Shown piece after piece: positions 21,676 to 32,344 of a stretch of DNA of 64,000 nucleotides. Position 1 is the first letter of the stretch. Every line of letters begins with the position of its first letter. Under the pieces are notes generated by a model. The model made no database searches. It was not told the DNA's origin and was given only the letters and a program-made list of their open reading frames with translations. Source of the stretch: Piedraia hortae CBS 480.64 (taxonomy: Eukaryota); contig MU006026.1 of the NCBI GenBank assembly GCA_010093745.1, positions 1 to 64,000 of the forward strand, in the 5' to 3' direction. Position numbers and translations under genes: made by a program.

Positions 21676-23009
21676 CACAGCCAAACTTTGTGTCAGTGAC
21701 GGTGTTGCGAATATGCGGTATATTACGCGCATTATTAGTAATCGGCGCTCGGCTCTCGACTCGACGCGTCAACAATTCTTCTGCACACACTTGTATGCAT
21801 ACTGGTACACGTCTACTCACAATCATAACAGGCGGTCACTGGCATAAGGTGCGCAATGCGTTCGCGCGCCTCTGATTGGTTGAACGATTAACAGTCCCAC
21901 GAGTCTTATACCACAGGCTATTTCATAATCTGTCTTAAGGCTTTTTGGAGCGGTTTACGTCACAATATGGCCGACAGCATGCCTATTTGAAGCACTTGCT
22001 TCGCCTGTTGTATGCACAACATGTTATACTTTTCATACGCCATCACATTAGACGCAAATAGAACTTGTTCTTGTATGGCTGAAAGCCGAGGTCCCTCCAG
22101 CATATCTTTTAGCGTCGTACAGTCCATCGTGGGACTCCTAAAGCGTCTGCTTGAGAGCGAAAGGCTGCTATGTGCAGCTTTCCGCCATCAGGCTTACCGC
22201 TTGCGAAGCTCATCGGGAGGTGCCTACAGAATTCACTCCTGGTTTGTAGACGAATCGACCTTGTTACGGTGCTCAGAGGAAAAAGTTCAATAAGTCCCAA
22301 CAACGAGGACAATCCGAACTGCTATCTACTGGGAAGCTAGGATACTAGAAACCAATCCAGAAGCGCCCTCCATTCGCGCGTGGTAGCAAGCGTAGCTATG
22401 AATAACTAGCAGGGCGCGTCGGTGTATCAAATTCCCTGTGCTCTTAGGCGACGCGGGTTATCCCGCGCACACACAGCCTCGCCGCAACATAGGCTCCCCT
22501 TATCACGCGGTCATAGGCATGTTGGCTTAATGGTTCCCCTCCCTCCTCAGCGCATACTCAGTCGACTCAAAGCCTTGGTAGAATAATTAAAAATGATCTA
22601 AAAAATTTTCGTAACAAGCGCGCCCTTAATAGGAGATACGTTATGTAGAGCTTTTCGTCATTCGAATGAGAATTTAGATGAAAATGAAAAACATGGCTCC
22701 CAGCGGGGTGCAAGATGATATGGAGATTAGCCAGTCAGCGCGATTCCTTTCTTTTTTTCTTATTGTTTGACCTCCAAATAGCACGATACATGTGGTAAGG
22801 CGTATATCGCAGCGTATGGGGCCTATGTGGCAGGTGGCTGGCTGAGCAGTTACAGGAGGTGACGAGAAGTGACAGTCACTGGGAATGTCACTGGTTGTCA
22901 CTGGCACAGACGAATAACAGAAAGTGACGGTCACCAATTTGAGAGGGTGACGGGGAAGTGCCGGTCACTCTATTTTTCACTGTATGTCACTGACACAAAG
23001 TTGGGTGTG
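21676..23009. mobile_element. Non-autonomous TIR DNA transposon, CAC...GTG termini, TA target duplication
   Basis: Left end TA|CACAGCCAAACTTTGTGTCAGTGAC; right end GTCACTGACACAAAGTTGGGTGTG|TA (near-perfect ~25-bp inverted repeat). About ten GTCAC/GTGAC subterminal motifs at 22858-22991. It interrupts the duplicated repeat unit. Confidence 0.75.
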
Positions 23010-25077
23010 TACCACGCAATTAGATCCGACCGTATTTGCCAAGACCAAGCCACAGCGCAAACTTGCCTCAGGGGAAACATCCTCTGTGACGGGCAAGCCA
23101 GATGTTTTACTCAGTCACGCACGGCATGCCAACGTCTGGCATCTGACACCCGGGACATCGAGAGTTTGGCCTGGATGATGGGACTGATCCAAGCATTGAT
23201 TGAATTGAACCGAGCTCCATGAAACGTTTGTTTGGGGTTGTCATTGAGCGTGGCCCCGACGACCGACTGAATGACAATGCTCCGAAAATCCAACGTTCTA
23301 CGTACCGCACTGACCCCTGTGAGACTAACAAATATGGGCCCACCTCGTCTTTCAGTGCCGCTACCCCTACAGGCTGCACCGCTATAGAGGTGTATAAGGA
23401 CGATGGAGTTATCTTTGCAGAGGACTCTATCTGAATATCGCTCTGATGAAGAAAGAATTCGAGCTTGAGGACAATTGCGGGAGTACAAACAGTCCGCTTT
23501 GAAGAGTCCTTCTGGCCAGTGAGCAAGCGGAACACCACTCCCTTGACCTATCGTCGATATTTAGCCTTTTGCAAGAGATGGGACAGCAAGCCCCTCATTA
23601 CAATATCTGCCCCAGGAGGACCCACTGCCGAGGAGCGCGTCTTCATGACACTTACCTGACTCTTCTTTGAGAAGACTCTGGATGTACGTATACTACTCCA
23701 TCTTCCCGTATCTCCAACTCGCTAACAACGATAGCGTAACGTCAGGATGGGCTCTGCACAGTATGGAAAGCCAAGTGCATATTTTGCTTCTTGTAGGGTG
23801 TTGTGGGCCTGACAAGCACAAATCCAAGCAACATCTGTCAGAAGGATGTGGCACCCACCATGACCAGAACCTTAGAAGTCGAAACTTCCCAGGGTTTTTA
23901 CCTCTATAGGGGAAGTTTACCCTGAGACGGGTAATTGTATCGTTCATGCTTAAGGGCATGGTTCGCTGACGTTGTCCTGGAAAATGCGGTTAGACTGAGG
24001 TAGTGTGGAGAAGGTTTCGAACCTCACCTTACATAGGCATAGACATCTACATTCACCTTTTGGTCAAAGTTGAGTGCACACATTTGTCGTTGACATACGT
24101 TCCACTTTAGTCCTCGAAGGTTCACCCCTCCGACAACATCGAACAATGATTCAGGACAAATCATCCATGCTCCCAACCGAGTGTGTGAGTTCAGTGAGTA
24201 TTGCTGACATCGTCCTACCACTATGAGCGATGGACCTTACAAATGCGGCTAATTCGTTTTAGTACCATTCAGATAAGATGAACCAGGACGATCAAATCAA
24301 CAAATATTAATGTATCTCCAAAAGGAACGATGTAGATGCGAAATCCTAGGTCACCACCAACGGCAACTGAAACCGTCGTCGACAAAGGTGATGTACGATA
24401 TTTTGAATAGTTCCGCAATTTTGATGTCATAAACAGGCGAAAGCTCTCGTCAGGTCTCCGCTTTATATCACTGCACTGCATATCGTCCGAGCTGCAGACG
24501 ACCTAGGCAGCTATCAAGTCGATAAAACCGCGCATTCTCTCTCTGTAACCTCTCATGTCAATTTTTTCTTGCCTGATCTGTAACTAAAGCCATCTCTCCG
24601 GCAATCGCTGCCAAACGAGAATAAGCTCCATAAGGTTAATTTTGGAGATGGAAAATTGGGATTCTTTTTCCCAGGCACTTGGGACAAAGCTTACTGTCTC
24701 CAGAAACTCATGTTAGGATCATTGCTAACCTTATCGGGCTGCCGCTTTGAATCGAAGGGATTAACCGGTTCAGAATTTTACTGAGGATAAGAGCATCTTT
24801 GCCATCAAGAGATGGGCAGCATTGGTGGAAATCCTGAGATGAGTCGCACGCAAAACGAGCAATATGTGAGGTGCTTTACAGAGCTCGATTCCATTTGATT
24901 TTGCAGTTTTTACATCCAGTTACCTACATTTGTTTCCAATATCCAACAGTCTGGCCAGACGGGTTGTTGATGACGGGCAGGTCCAAAGTTTTAGTATTTA
25001 CCATCCTGGTGGAAATACCTCCATGCAACAGCTATAGTGGCATGTAGCCCTTTCGACAATGTGAGTTCCGCTTTTGT

Positions 25078-26877
25078 TCACCCCGTTCCACTCTCAAACT
25101 CATTGGCAAAGGCCTCCAAAAAAGTCGCAAGTGCCATAGCCCCAGGGTCTGGAACATCTTCTTTTGCCGAGCCAGCCACGTACGCCGCTAGACACACCGC
25201 AGTCAGCGTTTTCCCACTTCCCCAAAGGGTTTCGGAACACCTACCTCTTCCAAAACTCCCCGCCTCAGCTTTCGTTCCCTGAGCCCCCTGCATCGCACTC
25301 TTTGCCGCCTTATGCAGTCCACCCTGTTCAAACTCGTCACAAAACGGTTCCAGCGCCGAGACAACAGTTTTATTCCCCTTTCGTGCATTTGTATACTTGA
25401 ACAACGTCTCCAGTGCTCCTTTCAGCGAAGCACCAACATTTCCGGGCGATTCCCCGAGCAGTCGCGTAAAAGCCGTAAGGAATATTGCAACCAGCGCAGC
25501 TAGCGTTCCACCGACTTCTGAGATGACGTCTTCGATAGCTGTAAGGAGGGGGAGCTCTGTCGTGAGGTTTTCGTCGAGGACGCGCAAAATGCCGTTGCAA
25601 ATAAGCGATACAGCCTCACCGCAATCGCCGTCGCCCAGGAAGGAGTCCCATTTTGTGATCTGTGGCTCCAGCGCCAGAGTTGCCTTGCATCCGGCGCGAA
25701 GGCTTGAAAGGAGCTTTAGCGGGACAACTTTCGCCAGGTGGTCAGTGTCGCCTGCGGCGGAGCGCGGTGTAGACTGGGGCTCTGCAAGAGGAGAGTTTTC
25801 TACAGACGCCGCGTGTGTGTAGCCGCAACGCGGCCACGCCGGAGCGGTGGTGTCTGCATCGAGCATTGTGAGGAGGTCCTCTTCTGAGATTCGGCACTGA
25901 CGTGTCACGCCGCTGACATTGAGTATGGTTATTGACCAGCCTGGTGCATTGAGGGAGGTTTCGAACGATTGGACATACACCCTTTTGGACTCCAGGTGCC
26001 ACTCCGTGGCGAGCATTTTCTTCGTCACGCTGGTCAGAGCTTCAAGCTCAAAGTTGGATATGCCGCCGAAGTTGTTGATGAGCAGCACAGTTGTGTCGTT
26101 GGAGTTGAAGGGGACAAATGACCGATCTGGGTCGGATGGATCCAGAGCGTATTTCAACATCTCTTTGACCACGTCTTGTGCGCTTGGAATGGGTGTGACC
26201 TCGCGGAGGCCAGGCTCGTTGTGGATTCCCATGCCTAGGAAGATAGTATTTTTGGGAATGTCTTTGTCCGATGCTTTGCCAGGGATACGGCAGTGGTCGA
26301 GCGATGCGCCAACGGTGACCAGATTGGAGTTGGTCGCTTCGCCTAGGCGAATACATGTATCGAACGACTCCTCTTGGGACGCTGCGTGTCCCACAAGTTT
26401 CAAAACGAGGACGTTTCCCGCCAGGCCCCGCCGGCCCGTGTTTGTGCTTTGTGATCTGCCGAGCGCTGCGTCGTCGGTCAGTCTGAGAATTTCCACTTTC
26501 TGGCCCCCTGCGTGAGCTTTTTCCTTGGCGAGGCCAAAATGGAGATTGTCTCCGGTGTAGTTCGTTATGGCTAGTATGATGCCTTTGTCTGATGGCACAT
26601 GCTTCATTGCCGCCAAGACTTGTGAAGTTGCTGGAGACGAAAACACTTCGCCGCTCACGGAGGCTGATAGCATTCCATTGCCAACGTAGCCAGACCATGC
26701 AGGCTCATGGCCGCTACCTCCGCCAGAGATTAGGGCAACATTGCTACGGGAATGGAGCTTGTTAAAAACAACTTTATGGGCGGCGTCTAGAGACAAGTGG
26801 GAGTTCCTGGAGACGAGAGATTCTAAACCGAGAATTACGACACCCTCAGTTGATGGAAAGAAATGTTTTGTGCTCAT
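25078..26877 (-). CDS. DAK1: Dihydroxyacetone kinase (Dak1/Dak2 domains; intron 25244-25188)
   Basis: ISGGGSGHEPA, NYTGDNLHFGLA, GRRGLAG, GMGIHNEPG, GDGDCG and PDPGA. Splicing the 57-nt GTAGGT..GCTGAC..TAG intron restores FGRAAYV. Confidence 0.93.
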   Translation of the reverse strand: MSTKHFFPSTEGVVILGLESLVSRNSHLSLDAAHKVVFNKLHSRSNVALISGGGSGHEPAWSGYVGNGMLSASVSGEVFSSPATSQVLAAMKHVPSDKGIILAITNYTGDNLHFGLAKEKAHAGGQKVEILRLTDDAALGRSQSTNTGRRGLAGNVLVLKLVGHAASQEESFDTCIRLGEATNSNLVTVGASLDHCRIPGKASDKDIPKNTIFLGMGIHNEPGLREVTPIPSAQDVVKEMLKYALDPSDPDRSFVPFNSNDTTVLLINNFGGISNFELEALTSVTKKMLATEWHLESKRVYVQSFETSLNAPGWSITILNVSGVTRQCRISEEDLLTMLDADTTAPAWPRCGYTHAASVENSPLAEPQSTPRSAAGDTDHLAKVVPLKLLSSLRAGCKATLALEPQITKWDSFLGDGDCGEAVSLICNGILRVLDENLTTELPLLTAIEDVISEVGGTLAALVAIFLTAFTRLLGESPGNVGASLKGALETLFKYTNARKGNKTVVSALEPFCDEFEQGGLHKAAKSAMQGAQGTKAEAGSFGRGRCSETLWGSGKTLTAVCLAAYVAGSAKEDVPDPGAMALATFLEAFANEFESGTG

Positions 26878-27104
26878 AATTCGACATCTGTCTGCTATGG
26901 GAATATTGTTTGTCAGTCGGCAGGTGAACCCCGCATTTACATCATCGTGCATCAGTCAAGCTCCACCGGATCGCCATAAGCTCCATTGTCAGTAACGCCC
27001 AGCTCATCGGTCGAGACAAAGTCTATTTTATCGCGGTGCTGACGATTTTGAGCTTTCCCAAGCGTTGACTCTGCGCACTTCAACATATACGGGTTGCTGC
27101 TGTT

Positions 27105-27377
27105 CTACGGTGACCAGCGCCTCAAGACCGTGTCCACCTGATGAGAAGTATTCTTCCTAGCCTCGAACTTGTTAACTCCCTGTTTCAAGAGAGACTCGTA
27201 GTTGGTATGCGCATGCCTACCATGGGCAATCGCAAAACTGTTCAATCTTTTCGAGTTCCAAGACTTGGATCGAGACAAGTCGTAAGCAAATGGCTTGATT
27301 ACGCAAAAGTCTAGAACGCGTTCAAGGTCGTCCGCCGGGATCTGTGGGAACAAATCCTTTAGGGCCCACGATTCCAT
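27105..27377 (-). CDS. DUF2293-domain protein (5' exon structure unresolved)
   Basis: LKDLFPQIP...AIAHGRHAHTNYESLLKQG....ARK.....VDTVLRRW matches the DUF2293 pattern. An upstream CTAAC suggests an additional exon. Confidence 0.7.
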   Translation of the reverse strand: MESWALKDLFPQIPADDLERVLDFCVIKPFAYDLSRSKSWNSKRLNSFAIAHGRHAHTNYESLLKQGVNKFEARKNTSHQVDTVLRRWSP

Positions 27378-28369
27378 TCCCGCTTGCGCTCGAGGCTTAT
27401 GGTGTTGAAAATACTGTTAGACATGGTGGCAGGCCTGCCTGTGTGGCATGGGTTATACCAGTGGGGTTTTGCTGGGGTGGAGGGGAAGTTATTGAGCGAA
27501 CGCGTTCAACCTTGAGCCAGGCAGGTGCGATCATCACCGTCTGTAAACTACGTGGAAGGCGCCGTTGAATGAACCTACGCACAAAATGAGCGAAGAAGGT
27601 CTAGACTACTGAACTGCAAAAGGTCATTGAGTGGGTGAAATTTTGTGTTTGATGAGCGGAACACCACCACGAAAGGTAGTAGACAGCGAAAGCGGCCCAC
27701 AACGCTAACAAGCGCGAGCGATGCGGGCCGCTAGCGCTACGCACCCTTAGGTGAATTTGCTCTAAAGTAACACGCTTCGGCCTTGAGTGAATTCCCCTCG
27801 CGATATGTCTTGTACTGTAGCCATGGGAACTTTCCGACCTAGGCCATCAGTGTAATAGCGACTTGGGGTCATGCAGGTGTAGGCACGCCTTTTGAGCGAA
27901 TCAGGGGTAGTTCATGGTGGCCAAATGTCCCTCCTTGATGGCCTCCCAACACCCACCCGTTTTCAAGTCTTCATTCACAGTATCACATCTGACTCCAGCT
28001 TGAACCCATCACTAATCCTCGATGAGAAATTTTCGCGGATGGAAGATGTCAGCCCTTAGAAGAGTAGGATCCTTCCAGAACCTAGCCAGTGATTGGGTGT
28101 CTCTTTGTCACATCCCGCCAGTTGTATTGCTCCACACATGGCGAAAGAGCGATATTCGTTGGATGTGCCATCAAGTTGGCTTAAAATGGAACCATCGATC
28201 GGGCCAACGGGCATGTGCTCTGCGTTGAAATCAAAGACGGTTATCCCGGCCTTGAGGTAAAATTGCCAACATCCTTGTTTTGACCGAGTAATGGCTCAAG
28301 TGCGTGTAAAGATGCACCAAGTTGGCCACGAAAGCTTAGAAGGGAAGATAAAGCTCGCTGGAACACCTC

Positions 28370-28860
28370 GCACTGCATTGAACCTCGCTTTTGTAACATT
28401 GACAATGGATAAATCAGGCGAACTTCCATCAGTCTGCACATCACTCTGATTCGGCAGGCCTTAAGACAGAAAGCGAGACAACACTCCGTGCCATTAAGGA
28501 CGCCTCACGCGCACAGCAAGGTACATTGGCATTTTAATCCCGAACGGAAGGCTACACGCATCACCCGCGGAGGGCTTAAGTAGATTGATGCAGATAATCC
28601 AGCCGCGTCTGAAGCTCAGTCCCATCAGTGGACGTCTGTCTGGAACTACCGTGTGTGCCTGATGTTTATCAGGCACACGAACGATGTTTGGATGATGTGT
28701 GGCCAGCTCGAAAGGCTCAAGAAATCAGACGGCTAGCTCAGTCTGGAGACCAAAGCGACAAAAAGTCCTTACCGTTCCACCTCTCGGAATTTGATCTGCA
28801 TAAGGCCTGCCCATACAAGATCCTGCACTGCACTTTGCTTGGGTCAATGAAATACATAGG
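28370..28860 (+). mobile_element. Relic of a CACTA/EnSpm-type fungal transposase
   Basis: Ordered motifs across frameshifts: DKSG, QGTLAF, DADNPAASEAQSHQ..YRVC (28587 on) and FDLHKACPYKILHCTLLGSMKY. These resemble the DDxSG / aDNP..SE..H..CRxC / D.H..P.EILH..LLG.KY motifs of this family. Confidence 0.55.
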
Positions 28861-29074
28861 GGTGGAGCGGTACAACAATGCAATAAAGATCAAAAGAAAC
28901 TCCTCAATTATGAGTGGAGATTGTCACGCTATGAAGTAGGTGTGAAATATGTATCATATCTAAGTTCGAAATCGTCTGCCACAGTGATATCCTGTCACAC
29001 ACTTCAATAGATTGGGGATTTGTTCTAGTCGAAAATAAGGGCAGCGTAATCTAGGTAGCTCCAGCCATGCTGTC

Positions 29075-30593
29075 ATGTCAGTCTTAGTGGCGCCTTTTGA
29101 TCCCAGTTACCTTCGCATCGGGGACGACGATTCTCTGACTCCCGTTGACATCATGCCACTCATTGAATTGCCTCCAGATGTCTTGTTTCGAATCATTGAT
29201 GAGCTCGCTGACACCGAGGACGTGGCTTACTTTCGCGCTCCGCCACACTGGAGAGGAAAGAGTCTCAGGAGAAAAAGTAATGACCTCATTGCTTGCAGGC
29301 TTGTTTGCAAAGCCGGGACCACAGTTGCCCTTAGCGTCCTCTGGTGCAATGCGCCTTTGTATGCGCTCGTTAACATTCCCAACACTTCTCACAGGCAAGA
29401 GTATGCTTCGCGTATCCAAGAACTTGTGCTGAGCGATGTGGAACGCAGTGTCCTGGAGGATGTATAAGAGCTGTCATTTCAACGCCTTAAATGCCTTACT
29501 ATTCACTATTACGTGAATAGATGCTGGGAGCGAAGAGGTTTGATTGCACATCTGTTCCAGCCCAGCTCGACCACATTGCAAACAGGCAATGGGTTCGTTA
29601 TGGAACATCTGATGGTTCACCATTCTAATAGAATATCCCGTCACAGGAGTAATATCTTACCCATACATTCCCATCGAGTGGTCAATGGACCACATGTCCG
29701 AGATATTGTATTGCAATCCCCATCTGGAGCGCTGGAAAATTGGCTAGTGTGGGATCGAAGTACCCAAAGGTACTCTGTTCCTCAACTTCAGCGTGGTAGG
29801 AGCCTGTGAGCTTGCAAGCGATTCCCGATTGAAAGAACTTGAACTGCTTGTGGATCATACGCAAGTACCGCTTTTGTCTCAAATGCGAAATAAGCCAAGT
29901 GCTCTTGTTGTTCACGTTATAAAGCCCTCGCCAGATTTGCTCGATACCATTTGCCAATTTGAACATTTGGGGAAACTAGAAATAAGACTTTCCCCCTTTA
30001 GCGCTACGCTGAGTCGACGGGAGATCATAAACATTTTGAACTTGAGCAAGCTGCATTATCTGAAGTTAAGCGGGCACTTCAGTTTGCCACATGCCGAGGA
30101 CGCATACGTCACCCTTTTTTCCGATCTGAGCAGACTACATGTACTTGAGTTTGGCCCAGACACGCTCTTAGACAGAGAAGATCATCCGGCCGAAACCCTT
30201 TGTTCACAAATGTTTTGATCACACTGGGAAGAAGCTGTCCTGAACTAAAGGCATGCCTCCTTCGTAGACCGTTTGAATTACTAGACCTCCAAGATGAGCC
30301 TGGCGTGCTCTTTCCTAGACTGGAGTATCTTCAGCTTGGCAATGTAATTCTTGGGGAGCCGCCAGATGAGTTGGTTGCCCAGCTTACCCATTACATATTT
30401 GCTCCCAAACGGTGATATCTTTAGTAGTCCTGCAATGATTCAAGAGACGGCAAACAGGATAAAAGCAATACCTGAAATTCATGCGCCCTCCCTCGAGACG
30501 TTTGATGTGACAGGACGCGATGATCTTACAGATCTTGTCAGCACTGCTCCGCCTGAACCAAACCAACGTGAAATAGATGGTACGTGCAAGTGA
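29075..30593 (+). pseudogene. F-box / RNI-like LRR gene, disrupted (copy A)
   Basis: F-box-like MPLIELPPDVLFRIIDEL...ACRLVCK..VLW, then LRR-like ELSFQRLKCLTI, LSKLHYLKLSG and TLGRSCPELKAC. In-frame TAA at 29465 and several frameshifts; 3' intron near 30370. Confidence 0.75.
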
Positions 30594-31243
30594 GAACGAT
30601 GGATGGAGAGTAGAGGTATGTGTATGAGTGAATACAAGTGTATCTACGAGGGGACATCACATAATATAATATGGGCCGGTAGGCCAGTGCGTGGCCTCTT
30701 ATGAAGAATCATCAACCGTATGACCATAACCAAGTGATCATACACGCAGTAAGACCGGCAGCATGCAGTCTTACTCCATGACTCACCTCAAACATTAGCA
30801 GGGCGCATTCACCATGTCGCATGCGACATGGCCCCTGGGGGAAACCTCTGTGAGGACAAAACCTAGGGTGCAGCTGCTGGCGTAAAAGGTGTCGCGCAGT
30901 GGCATAGTACACTCATAGAAACGAGACTTCATTCCAACACAATGCCGAGGCCAAGGCTAATGCCAGGGGAGATCAGCCGTATAACAAATCAATGAAAATC
31001 AATGAAACATCCTCGAATACTATTCCAAACCATGTCAGCAACGAAGTATATAAGATGAACAATAAGTAAACCTCACCTCACCCACGGCAGTGGTATCTCC
31101 CCACACATTCCAATCAGTTGGGGTTCCCGACCTCACCAGAATAGAAGCATGGCTTTTAACGAGGAAGAGAAAAAGGACAAAAGACAGCAGTGGTCCAATA
31201 TTGTCAGCCGATAGTTACTTATCTCTACTATCTACAGCCCCTG

Positions 31244-32344
31244 TTACGTAAACTTCCCAATATCGTCCTTTATGACCTGCACAGCGGGCTTATCCGATCC
31301 ATCGACTCGACGAAGGCCATAATGATTTTCGGGATCCACCTTCCCATCCTTGTCTTGGCTATCATGCACCTCATAGGCGAACAGCGGGCCCAACCAAGGT
31401 GTCTTTGCATACTCCTCAGCCCCACTCTGATATGTCCGCGCCTGCCAGTTTTCATCCCTCAACAGGCCACTCTGATCTTCCGGGTATTGGTAATAATCCG
31501 TCGTGGTTCCAAACTCAGTAACCCAAACAAACTTGTACGAGTCGCCATTATCTTCCATAATTTTGCGCGTTTCGCGCATCATCTCCCATCCCTCCCACGG
31601 ACTGGTTGAGCTGGATGGGTCATGGACGGGATAGGCGTGGAAGCCGAGCGAGGCAAACTTGTCCTTGAAGCCGCCGGCATAGAGACCGTTGAGGAACTCC
31701 TGAGGCCTCCACGTTTCGTTGGGTTTGGGCGTGTCGTTGTAGATGGTGGCTAAGCCTGCGCTGACGACGTTGTACGACTCGTCGATGGACCAAAGAGCAT
31801 TTGCGCCGGCTGCCAGCAGATTACCGTACTCGGTAGGGTTGACACCAGTCTGCCAAAAGCGTTGCATATTGGGCTCGTTCCAGATTTCGAAATCTTTCAC
31901 GTTCCAGCCCTTTTCAAGACAGTGTTGGGCGACTCTTGTTGCAAAAGTGGCAAAGTAATTGTTGTCGGTGGGCGGATAGTACATCCCTTCATCACCGTAC
32001 GGCGCGCCCGCGGGCTTGGCAAAATCTGGCGTAGAGGTAAGGAGTACCAGGATGTTCTTGCCGTGGTTGTGGGCAGCTTGCATGGTAAGGTCAAAGCCAG
32101 TCCAGTCGAAACTGTCCTTTCCGCCAGCTTGGATCTGCTTCCACCATGCCGGAATGCGCTGCCAGGTTGCACCAATGTCGTCGGCAAGCTTCAAGTCCTC
32201 TTCAATGAGATCAGATCCACCCCATTCATTGAGCCATTGAAGTCCAAAGCCTCGCTGGTTGATTACAGCTCGTCTTTCGATGGGCGATGCTGCAGCCCAG
32301 CCCGCAAATGAAAGGGCGAAGATACCGTATAGTTGTGACTTCAT
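31244..32344 (-). CDS. Secreted clan GH-A glycoside hydrolase (GH5/GH39-like, bacterial-type)
   Basis: Signal peptide plus ERR Kex2-like site; acid/base FEIWNEPN, nucleophile VWVTEFG, GFHAY and C-terminal HYGLRRVDGSDKPA. Intronless, 366 aa. Confidence 0.88.
   Translation of the reverse strand: MKSQLYGIFALSFAGWAAASPIERRAVINQRGFGLQWLNEWGGSDLIEEDLKLADDIGATWQRIPAWWKQIQAGGKDSFDWTGFDLTMQAAHNHGKNILVLLTSTPDFAKPAGAPYGDEGMYYPPTDNNYFATFATRVAQHCLEKGWNVKDFEIWNEPNMQRFWQTGVNPTEYGNLLAAGANALWSIDESYNVVSAGLATIYNDTPKPNETWRPQEFLNGLYAGGFKDKFASLGFHAYPVHDPSSSTSPWEGWEMMRETRKIMEDNGDSYKFVWVTEFGTTTDYYQYPEDQSGLLRDENWQARTYQSGAEEYAKTPWLGPLFAYEVHDSQDKDGKVDPENHYGLRRVDGSDKPAVQVIKDDIGKFT

Noticed and set aside
22411..22626. 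Nested mini-element bounded by AGGGCGCG / CGCGCCCT
   Set aside because: Only an 8-bp inverted match with no target duplication.
29465..29467. A-to-I editing or read-through rescue of premature stops in F-box and gag copies
   Set aside because: The same copies carry multiple frameshifts, so recoding of stops alone could not restore them.
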